A DNA stretch of 19,026 nt from Chlamydiia bacterium (GTDB lineage Bacteria > Chlamydiota > Chlamydiia > Chlamydiales > JBMOFD01). This document shows positions 7,266-14,762 of this stretch, one piece after another. Numbering within the stretch: position 1 is the first letter of the stretch; every line of letters begins with the position of its first letter. The DNA is taken from NCBI GenBank assembly GCA_049314435.1, contig JBMOFD010000033.1:1-19026 (forward strand), given 5' to 3'. The position numbers were made by a program, and so were the translations under genes. The notes beneath the pieces were generated by a model. The model was not told where the DNA came from, did no database searches, and saw only the letters and a list, made by a program, of their open reading frames with translations.

Positions 7266-7850
7266 ATGAGAGCGTTTTTTGTTGCCCTAGGGGCCCTTGC
7301 AACAGGCTCGTCCTTGCTGGCCAATATTGGTCCGGCTGGATTCCATGAATTCAACTACAATCGCGTCTTTTTCGAGACAGGGACCTATGGCGGCAGTGGC
7401 ATTAAGGCCGCGTTGCAAGCGGGATTTCCTGTAGTCCATTCCATCGATATCGAGGCGAACTCCTACCGAGATGCGCAGCGGATGTTCAAAGGCTATCCCC
7501 AGGTTCATCTTCACCGCGGTGACAGTGGTCGCGACCTGTGGAAGGTCATAAGATACATTCATGAGCCGATCACATTCTGGTTGGATGCTCACTTGGGAAA
7601 TGAGGTCCCAGGCAGGACCAGTCATACTGCCGTCGCGCGAGAACTCCAACAGATCGCTCGCCATCCTCGCAAGGATCACACCATCCTCATCGATGACATG
7701 CATACGACAGGTGGCCCTCTGATGGACTATCTAACACGCGCTGACCTCGAGCGACTCGTCCTTCAGATCAACCCCAACTATAAGATCCGCTACATTCCTG
7801 GTGGAAACGATGGCGAATACCCCGAGAATATTTTGGTCGCAACGCCCTAA
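7266..7850 (+). CDS. Hypothetical class I SAM-methyltransferase-like protein with N-terminal signal peptide
   Basis: VFFETGTYGGSG (motif I-like), VHSIDI, GDSG, FWLDAH, ILIDD; N-terminus MRAFFVALGALATGSSLLA; AAGGA RBS. Confidence 0.7.
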   Translation: MRAFFVALGALATGSSLLANIGPAGFHEFNYNRVFFETGTYGGSGIKAALQAGFPVVHSIDIEANSYRDAQRMFKGYPQVHLHRGDSGRDLWKVIRYIHEPITFWLDAHLGNEVPGRTSHTAVARELQQIARHPRKDHTILIDDMHTTGGPLMDYLTRADLERLVLQINPNYKIRYIPGGNDGEYPENILVATP

Positions 7851-8001
7851 GTGCGAAATTCCATTGCAGGAGGGCCCCAAGACACTTGGGGCCTCTGCAT
7901 GGCCTTTACTTCGACGCAGCTCTCCACCACCCTTTCGACTTCCTTGCGAGTCACCCTCCAAACACATTAGCCTACTGCCGCTCTTCTCGCAGGCAGGCAC
8001 C

Positions 8002-8613
8002 ATGCAAACGCCCTCTCTTTCCATTGTTACGCTCGGTGATCCGATTCTTCGCCGGAAGGCGGCTCCGCTAACCAGGGACAAGATCCGAAGCCCCGAGATC
8101 CAACAGCTGATTCGTCAGATGCGCGAAACTCTAGGCTCTCTCGGAGTAGGCCTAGCAGCCCCTCAAGTAGGAGTGCCCTTCCAACTCATCGTGGTCCAAG
8201 ATAGCGGTGAACTCATGCGACAGCGCTACACACCCGAACAGCTTGCTGAGAGAGAACGAGTGCCCGTGCCGTTCCAAGCCCTCTTCAACCCTACCCTGCA
8301 GATCGTTGATTCAGCCGGTTCGCGAGCCTTCTTTGAGGGATGCCTAAGCATCCCTCAGATGCTAGCCGTCGTACCTAGAGCTCATACCGTGCAGGTGGAG
8401 GCACTCGACCATCAAGGTCTTGCCGTACGCTTCCAAGCCAGCGGATGGTTTGCTCGCATGCTCCAGCACGAAGTCGATCACCTCCATGGCATCCTCTACA
8501 CCGATCGTATGGTTCCAGAGACCTTCATGACGTTCGAACACTTTGATCGAACTTGGAAGCAAAAGCCCATCGCAGAAGTCCTCACCGCTTTTGGCGTGAA
8601 CACCGAGCGCTAA
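8002..8613 (+). CDS. def: Peptide deformylase
   Basis: GDPILR, motif 1 GVGLAAPQVG, motif 2 EGCLS, motif 3 QHEVDHLHG. Confidence 0.96.
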   Translation: MQTPSLSIVTLGDPILRRKAAPLTRDKIRSPEIQQLIRQMRETLGSLGVGLAAPQVGVPFQLIVVQDSGELMRQRYTPEQLAERERVPVPFQALFNPTLQIVDSAGSRAFFEGCLSIPQMLAVVPRAHTVQVEALDHQGLAVRFQASGWFARMLQHEVDHLHGILYTDRMVPETFMTFEHFDRTWKQKPIAEVLTAFGVNTER

Positions 8614-8721
8614 GGACGACTGTTTAGTTCAGCTCTATACGTACGTCTGGGGCCATATCCGGCGTTTGGTTTGATCGCTTGAGCCGCCAACAGTACACTA
8701 CGAATTCTCAAGGAGTCCCCC

Positions 8722-9348
8722 ATGCTACGAAAAGCATACCGCACCACTCTCCTCGGACTTGCTCTCTGCTGTATGTCAGGCAGCCTATCTGCTTGGGAGC
8801 CAGCCATATCTTTCGAGACAGGCTATTCCAGCACTCCTGCGGTGACACTAGAAGCGTGCACACTGCAGGGAAGCACCTTTCAGGTTCGTCCCCCAATCGA
8901 GGACGATGCGGTAAGGTTGTGGGAGTTCGCGCTCACCACAAATCCTGATGGCGCACCTACCCTTGCGCAGATGGAACGACGGTTGGCTAGAACCTTGAGA
9001 CGGATGGCCCAGGGGCGGACCCTGCAGCTCTATCAGATGGTCGATGATCGGATCATGGGGATTGGATCGGTCGATATGGGAAGAGACCGAGCTAACCATG
9101 TGGGGCGCATGACCATCAAGGGCTGGGAAGAGGGCCGCGATGCTCTCATCGAAATTCTGATCGCCGAGGCGGAGAAGAACCTACCCGATCTGGAAATTCT
9201 GACGATCTGGATCTTCGCTGACAACCAGGAGCGGGCCGCCCATCTCGCGGCTTTGGGCTTCATGCCCATCGGCACCGTGCCCAATGGCATCAAGGTGGGC
9301 TCGGATCACTTCGATGCGCTCCACCTATACCGACCTGTTGTGAGGTAG
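8722..9348 (+). CDS. GNAT (RimL-like) fold protein with predicted signal peptide
   Basis: AAGGAG RBS; hydrophobic N-terminus ending SLSA; C-terminal GNAT-like IFADNQERAAHLAALGF; the acetyl-CoA binding loop looks degenerate. Confidence 0.6.
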   Translation: MLRKAYRTTLLGLALCCMSGSLSAWEPAISFETGYSSTPAVTLEACTLQGSTFQVRPPIEDDAVRLWEFALTTNPDGAPTLAQMERRLARTLRRMAQGRTLQLYQMVDDRIMGIGSVDMGRDRANHVGRMTIKGWEEGRDALIEILIAEAEKNLPDLEILTIWIFADNQERAAHLAALGFMPIGTVPNGIKVGSDHFDALHLYRPVVR

Positions 9349-9351
9349 ACG

Positions 9352-10011
9352 ATGTGGCGCCTGAACCATACCATCCAATCCGACAGTCCCTGCTGGCAGT
9401 GCAGGCCCTCATTCGAGCTCATTACCTGCGCGGAAGGTCACGGATGGTTGGTTCACGAACTGCAGGCGCCTTTGGCTGCTGGGACGCACATCGATGCCCC
9501 CAAACATTGCCGCGGTAGGCTCACCGTCGAGTCCTTCCCAGAGGCAGAGTGGGTCCGTGCCTATGTCTTTAGACCATCTAACGTGACGCCTACGACGGTG
9601 ATCCTGCGTTCTCAGCTACAGGACTGGTGGGATGCACTGGAACGTCCCGCTACACAAGGAAGCTGGCTCTTTATTCAAACGGGATGGGGAGCCTACTTCT
9701 CAGACGGCGCACGTTATCGGGGTGTCGGGCCACTCCCTGGAGAGTACCCGCATCTGGAAGGTGCCTGTGCTGACTGGATCTTAGAACGGGGTTTTGTGGG
9801 ATTGGGCGTAGATACGCTCTGTCCCGACTCCAATGCCTCGTTCCCTATCCACGAAGCGCTTTTACCCTCCAATTGCTGGATCTTAGAGAACCTGAGATAC
9901 GAGCCCGATCTACCAGAGATTTGTGAGGTCCTGGTCGCACCCATCCGTTGGACAGGCGCGACCGAGACCTCAACAGTCGTATTGGCTAGAGCTACAGCTG
10001 ACGACCGGTAG
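9352..10011 (+). CDS. Cyclase-family (kynurenine formamidase-like) metallohydrolase
   Basis: GTHIDAPKH, QTGW, YPHL, GVDTLCPD, FPIHEALL, ILENL. Confidence 0.88.
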   Translation: MWRLNHTIQSDSPCWQCRPSFELITCAEGHGWLVHELQAPLAAGTHIDAPKHCRGRLTVESFPEAEWVRAYVFRPSNVTPTTVILRSQLQDWWDALERPATQGSWLFIQTGWGAYFSDGARYRGVGPLPGEYPHLEGACADWILERGFVGLGVDTLCPDSNASFPIHEALLPSNCWILENLRYEPDLPEICEVLVAPIRWTGATETSTVVLARATADDR

Positions 10012-10015
10012 CGGG

Positions 10016-11077
10016 CTACTTCGTCTCTTTGGGGAGAATCATGCCGCCGCCCAGACAGATCTCGCCATCATAGAAGACCACTGACTGCCGCGGCGTCACC
10101 GCCTTCTGCGGTTGATCAAACTCGACACGGAGCTTGTCTGTCCCCATCTGCGTCACGGTACACGCTTGGTCAGGCTGCCGATAGCGGATCTTTGCCGTGC
10201 ATCTCAAAGGGAATGTAACATCCGATAACCAGTTGATCTCATCGGCTTGGAGAGTTGTCTGATAAAGCAGAGGATGTTGCTCCCCCTGCACGACGGTCAC
10301 CGTGTTCGTCGCGGGATCCTTATCCACGACGTACCAGGCCTCGCCCTCTCCGCCAATTGCTAGTCCTTTCCGCTGTCCGAGGGTGTAGAACGACATCCCC
10401 TCATGCTCTCCCACCACCTTACCTTCCGGAGTCACGAAGGCTCCCGGCGTGCGCTGGATGTACTGTGCTAGAAATGGACGGAAGTCCCGCTTCCCAATGA
10501 AGCAGATGCCTGTACTATCTTTTTTTGCGGCGGTGGGCAGCCCAACTTGACGAGCCAAGGCTCGGACCTCCCGCTTCGGAAGATTCCCTATCGGAAAGAG
10601 AATGCGACCCAGGACTTCTCGGCGGATCGCATAGAGGAAATAGCTCTGGTCTTTCTCAGGGTCGGCACCCCGAGCGAGATGGGGCACCCCATCTCGCTCG
10701 ACGATACGAGCGTAGTGCCCCGTCGCCACACGCTCAGCTCCCAAGTCCAGCGCCCGCTGCAGGAAAGCATCAAATTTGATCTCGCGATTGCAGAGGATGT
10801 CGGGATTGGGGGTATAACCGCGTCGGTAATCCTCCACGAATCGAGCGAACACTCGATCCCAATACTCATCGGCAAAATCCACCGTATAGAAGGGAATGCC
10901 CAGAACAGCACAGACCGCCGCCACATCCTCGGCATCCTGCGCTGCGGGACAAGGCCCGCCCTCTTCACGCCAGTTGCGCATGAAGAGCCCAGTGACGCGA
11001 TGCCCAGCTGCCTGCATCAGATGCGCCGTGACCGAGCTGTCCACGCCACCCGACATCCCTACCACGACTTCTTGCAT
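10016..11077 (-). CDS. mnmA: tRNA-specific 2-thiouridylase
   Basis: SGGVDSS PP-loop, TPNPDILCNREIKF, ATGHYA, KDQSYFL, KKDSTGICFIG, YTLGQRKGL. Confidence 0.98.
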   Translation of the reverse strand: MQEVVVGMSGGVDSSVTAHLMQAAGHRVTGLFMRNWREEGGPCPAAQDAEDVAAVCAVLGIPFYTVDFADEYWDRVFARFVEDYRRGYTPNPDILCNREIKFDAFLQRALDLGAERVATGHYARIVERDGVPHLARGADPEKDQSYFLYAIRREVLGRILFPIGNLPKREVRALARQVGLPTAAKKDSTGICFIGKRDFRPFLAQYIQRTPGAFVTPEGKVVGEHEGMSFYTLGQRKGLAIGGEGEAWYVVDKDPATNTVTVVQGEQHPLLYQTTLQADEINWLSDVTFPLRCTAKIRYRQPDQACTVTQMGTDKLRVEFDQPQKAVTPRQSVVFYDGEICLGGGMILPKETK

Positions 11078-11131
11078 ACCTGCCCATCCTACTACGCTGA
11101 GTCAGCTTCTCTAGGAACCACTCTCGCATAG

Positions 11132-11160
11132 AGAATACGCCAAGAGGACGATCTAATCTA
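11132..11160 (-). promoter_or_regulatory. Possible promoter for mnmA
   Basis: Minus strand TAGATT-N17-TATTCT in a locally AT-rich patch. Confidence 0.3.
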
Positions 11161-11382
11161 TTAATTTTGAAAGCCTTGCGGTCGCGCTCGGGTCGTGAGT
11201 CTGCTCTCTGGGCCGGGGACTAGGCCGAGCCCAACCATCACCGTGGCCTATTACCGAACCGGCACTGGAAAGAGTAGGCCAGAAAGGCGAGGATATCGGA
11301 CCGATTCTGCCGGGCAGGGGGCACGTTGCACTCTCCCCTAAAAACCCTTCTAAAAAGGAGCAGTTTCAAGGCGGAGGCCCGC

Positions 11383-11562
11383 ATGTCTACCAGCGGTGTT
11401 GGAAAACAGAGCACCCCGGATGAAGCGGCAGTCACCCTCTCCGAGAAGATCAGGAGGGGGGACTTTACGGTGGATCAGGTCTTAGGGTCGACCCCTGAAC
11501 AAATCCAAGACCTGGAACGGCGATCGCGGGTGCGCATCCCTAGGATGCTGGATTTTGACTGA
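11383..11562 (+). CDS. Small hypothetical protein (59 aa)
   Basis: GGAGG (11373-11377) 5 nt before ATG; sits in an otherwise empty gap; no recognisable motif. Confidence 0.5.
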   Translation: MSTSGVGKQSTPDEAAVTLSEKIRRGDFTVDQVLGSTPEQIQDLERRSRVRIPRMLDFD

Positions 11563-11688
11563 CCTATAACTCCTGCGGAGGTCCTAAGCCATCCTCCTCA
11601 CCACCACCTCTGAACTAACAGGATCTTGGTAAGCCTCAGTCGGTTGAGCTATACTCAACGCCCTCCACCAATCCAAGGGTGTGTCATT

Positions 11689-12417
11689 GTGACCGATCAG
11701 CCTCGTTCTGGGATCGCCTCCCATCTTGAAAGTCTGCTGCGTCGGGCCCTATATACCTACGACCTCATCCCCGAGTCGGGCGGCATCACAGTAGCTCTAA
11801 GCGGAGGAAAGGACAGTCTCTCCCTTCTCCATCTGCTGGCTCATGTTCGTGGCCGTGGATTCCCCGACTTCTTCCTGGGAGCCGCTCACGTCTCCGGAGC
11901 CTTTAGCTGTGGCGCCGGGGTCCAGGTCCCCTTCCTTCAGGGGACCTGCGATCGCCTGGGCGTGCCACTCGCCATCCGAGAAACTCACCAGACGCTTGAT
12001 GAGCTCGAGTGCTACAGCTGCAGCCGCAACCGCCGTAAGCTTCTTTTTGAAATGGCGGCAGAGCAGGGCACCCACACGGTAGCGTTTGGCCATCACCGTG
12101 ATGACAATATCCAGACACTCCTCATGAATCTCCTCCACAAGGGAGAGTTTGCCGGGAATCTCCCCAAATTGCCCATGGTGCACTACGGGATGACGATCAT
12201 TCGTCCTCTGATCCTGGCCGCTGAAGAGGACATTCGCAGCTTCGCTCAACAGATGGGCTTTGCCAGGATCACCTGTCAGTGCCCTGTGGGAGCCAATAGT
12301 AAGCGGCGCCAGACTGAAGATCTCCTACGACAACTCGAATCGGTATTTCCCCATGCTCGCAACAACCTCCAACGAGCCGTCCTCCGCGATGGCTCCCAGA
12401 AAGCTCTCACTCCATAG
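11689..12417 (+). CDS. ttcA: tRNA 2-thiocytidine biosynthesis TtcA-family PP-loop ATPase
   Basis: ALSGGKDS, CYSCSRNRR, GHHRDD, IIRPL, CQCP; GTG start after AAGGGT (TTG 11626 is an alternative). Confidence 0.88.
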   Translation: MTDQPRSGIASHLESLLRRALYTYDLIPESGGITVALSGGKDSLSLLHLLAHVRGRGFPDFFLGAAHVSGAFSCGAGVQVPFLQGTCDRLGVPLAIRETHQTLDELECYSCSRNRRKLLFEMAAEQGTHTVAFGHHRDDNIQTLLMNLLHKGEFAGNLPKLPMVHYGMTIIRPLILAAEEDIRSFAQQMGFARITCQCPVGANSKRRQTEDLLRQLESVFPHARNNLQRAVLRDGSQKALTP

Positions 12418-12916
12418 CATTGGCACTTGGCTCTTTTGCTTCGGTTGCTTCGGGCTCTTCTCTACCCTTCCTGCTCAGACGATCCTCCTTGAGATCGAGG
12501 CTCCTTGGCGCAGCGAAGATGGTCATCTTGCGGTCACCTGCAATGGCCTACTTTGCGAACAGACCCAAGATGGACAGTTCCGACCCACGACCGCCACACC
12601 TGCCAAGGACGACCGCTCAGCACAAGCCCGCTTGATCCAGCTGGCACGTCGCAACCGGAAGGGCCCGGCCATGGGCATGCGTCATGTAGATCCAAAGACA
12701 TGCCAGGAGGCACTACGACTAGGGTTGCTCGTTCCCCAGGAGGTCTGGCTGGCCCAACAGGCAGCTTCCACAGCGGAGGCAGAAAAGCCTCTGCAAGCAA
12801 CTGAAGACATGAAATCTGCATTTCGATCTCTTGATGCTTTGAAGAAAATCACGGTTGAGCGTATTCTACCACCTGTTGATGCGCTGCATCAGCAAGATCA
12901 TACGTCGGGCGTATAG
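12389..12916 (+). CDS. Hypothetical exported protein
   Basis: Signal-like WLFCFGCFGLFSTLPA; fills the gap between ttcA (29-nt overlap) and tRNA-Val; the start is uncertain and the stop lies inside the tRNA. Confidence 0.55.
   Translation: MAPRKLSLHSIGTWLFCFGCFGLFSTLPAQTILLEIEAPWRSEDGHLAVTCNGLLCEQTQDGQFRPTTATPAKDDRSAQARLIQLARRNRKGPAMGMRHVDPKTCQEALRLGLLVPQEVWLAQQAASTAEAEKPLQATEDMKSAFRSLDALKKITVERILPPVDALHQQDHTSGV
12839..12867 (+). promoter_or_regulatory. Putative promoter for the tRNA-Val/tRNA-Asp pair
   Basis: TTGAAG-N17-TATTCT, 39 nt upstream of tRNA-Val. Confidence 0.5.
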
Positions 12917-12979
12917 CTCAGTTGGTAGAGCGCCTGCCTTACAAGCAGGTGGTCATAGGTTCGAGTCCTTTTGCGCCCA
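12907..12979 (+). tRNA. tRNA-Val (TAC)
   Basis: Acceptor GGGCGTA/TGCGCCC, D arm GCTC/GAGC, anticodon arm CCTGC-ctTACaa-GCAGG, TTCGAGT T-loop, A73; CCA not encoded. Confidence 0.97.
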
Positions 12980-12988
12980 ACGACCGAT

Positions 12989-13062
12989 GCGGGAGTAGTT
13001 CAATTGGTTAGATCACCGGCCTGTCACGCCGGGTGTTGCGGGTTCGAGCCCCGTCTCCCGCG
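12989..13062 (+). tRNA. tRNA-Asp (GTC)
   Basis: Acceptor GCGGGAG/CTCCCGC, anticodon arm CCGGC-ctGTCac-GCCGG, TTCGAGC T-loop, G73; CCA not encoded. Confidence 0.97.
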
Positions 13063-13130
13063 AGGTTTCCTCGCACGTACATCTGTTCCTTGCGCTTGGC
13101 GACCCTAGCTGTTACTTATTTACGCGGTAG

Positions 13131-14045
13131 GTGGTCGTGCGCATTCATGCCCTTGTTCAGCGTCTCTCTTCGCGTAGATGGTGGCCGCTCTTTAATTCGA
13201 TCATCCTCATTGCCATTGGTGCAGGCTTAGCCGCTTGGGCCATCCGCATTTTTCTCCTACCGAACCAACTGATTGACGGCGGCGTTGTAGGTATTGCGCT
13301 GATCGTAGGTCGATTGGTGAGTGAAGAGCTCATCTCTCCGGTCTTGCTCCTCCTCAACCTGCCCTTCCTGTTTGTTGCCTATCGCAGTATCCGCAAGACC
13401 TTCGTGCTCTACATGATTCTGGCCACGCTGCTCTTTGCGATATTCCTGCGTTTCTTTGCGACCATGGAACCTTTCTATGCCGATCCCATTGAGATCATTG
13501 TCATTGGCGGGGCTCTGTTGGGTCTTGGTACAGGACTGATCATCCGGGGTGGAGGTTGCTTGGATGGGACGGAGATCCTGGCGATTCTGATCAACCAGCG
13601 CAAGGGCTTCACGGTGGGTCAGGTGATCCTGGTCTGCAACATCTTCATCTTCGGTGCTTATGGAGCACTCTTCAGAGACTGGCACATTGCCCTGCAGTCT
13701 CTGATGACCTACATCGTCGCCTATAAGATGATGGATATCGTCATCGTGGGTCTGGATGAGGTGAAGTCGGTTCTGGTCATCTCCAATCACAGTCAGCGCG
13801 TAGCCGAAGCGATCCTCCATCAGATGGGCTTAGGCCTGACCGTCATGTATGGTCGTGGTGGTTTCTCTGGTGACAGCAAAGAGCTTCTCTACGTCATCGT
13901 TGAGCGTCTGCAACTTGCGGAACTCAAAGAGGTCGTGCTACGTCACGATCCTCAAGCCTTCATTGCTATTCAGAACATCCATGAGGTAGTGTACGGTCAT
14001 CACGCGCTTCCCTTTATCAAGAAGCGCCGATCCGTTTCTGTCTAG
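13131..14045 (+). CDS. YitT/YqfU-family membrane protein with C-terminal DUF2179 domain
   Basis: FLLPNQLIDGGVVGIA, LNLPF, GGCLDGTEILAI, GLTVMYGRGGFSG, DPQAFI. Confidence 0.9.
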   Translation: MVVRIHALVQRLSSRRWWPLFNSIILIAIGAGLAAWAIRIFLLPNQLIDGGVVGIALIVGRLVSEELISPVLLLLNLPFLFVAYRSIRKTFVLYMILATLLFAIFLRFFATMEPFYADPIEIIVIGGALLGLGTGLIIRGGGCLDGTEILAILINQRKGFTVGQVILVCNIFIFGAYGALFRDWHIALQSLMTYIVAYKMMDIVIVGLDEVKSVLVISNHSQRVAEAILHQMGLGLTVMYGRGGFSGDSKELLYVIVERLQLAELKEVVLRHDPQAFIAIQNIHEVVYGHHALPFIKKRRSVSV

Positions 14046-14054
14046 GAGCTCATC

Positions 14055-14744
14055 ATGAGTGCGTTGCCTCCGCATTCGATGCCCAATAAAGAAGCCTTGC
14101 GCTCGCAGGATGCTTGGCGAGCCCTACGCATCCTCTCTGAGTTTGTGACCGGATTCGATCGCATGATCGCCCTGGGTCCAAGCGTGAGCTTCTTCGGAAG
14201 TGCTCGACTCTCCACCGTTTCTCCCTATTACGACATGGCATACCAAACGGCCCGTCTCGTTGCCCAAAAGGGGTTTGCTGTCATCACGGGAGGCGGCCCT
14301 GGCCTCATGGAAGCTGCCAATAAGGGTGCTCGTGAGGTGGGTGGAACGAGTTGTGGATGCCTGATCGATTTCCCAGGGGAAACAGCCAACGCCTACATCG
14401 ACGCGGGTCGTGAGCTTCTCGTACGCTACTTCTTTGTCCGCAAGGTGATGTTCGTACGTTATGCACAGGCCTTCGTGATTTTTCCAGGGGGGCTGGGCAC
14501 ACTGGATGAGTTCTTTGAGGTCCTCACGCTCATCCAGACCAAGAAATCGAGACGGTTCCCCGTCTTTCTAATGGGAGCTTCCTACTGGCAGGGTCTGCTG
14601 GACTGGCTCAAAGAGTCGGTTCTAGCTCATGGCTGTATCGGAGCTGACGACCTATCTCTCTTCCAGGTCACCGATAATCCAGAAGTTGTAGCCACAGAAA
14701 TCGCCCATCACTTTAATCAGCATCAGCGCCTAGAGAACTTTTAG
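14055..14744 (+). CDS. LOG-family (TIGR00730, type II) nucleotide phosphoribohydrolase
   Basis: VSFFGSAR, ITGGGPGLMEAAN, YFFVRKVMF, PGGLGTLDE. Confidence 0.92.
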   Translation: MSALPPHSMPNKEALRSQDAWRALRILSEFVTGFDRMIALGPSVSFFGSARLSTVSPYYDMAYQTARLVAQKGFAVITGGGPGLMEAANKGAREVGGTSCGCLIDFPGETANAYIDAGRELLVRYFFVRKVMFVRYAQAFVIFPGGLGTLDEFFEVLTLIQTKKSRRFPVFLMGASYWQGLLDWLKESVLAHGCIGADDLSLFQVTDNPEVVATEIAHHFNQHQRLENF

Positions 14745-14762
14745 GCCGTCCTTTGGTGCCTT

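Noticed and set aside
11161..11400. RNase P, SRP or tmRNA gene
   Set aside because: No GAGGAAAGTCC, no SRP CAGG-GNRA-AGCA core, and no tRNA-like ends or tag peptide on either strand.
11161..11562. TAG read-through or recoded ORF (two in-frame TAGs upstream of the small ORF)
   Set aside because: TAG is the normal stop for many genes in this window, and the read-through product has no recognisable features.
12907..13130. tRNA-targeted integration site
   Set aside because: No integrase and no duplicated tRNA 3' end; flanking genes are housekeeping.
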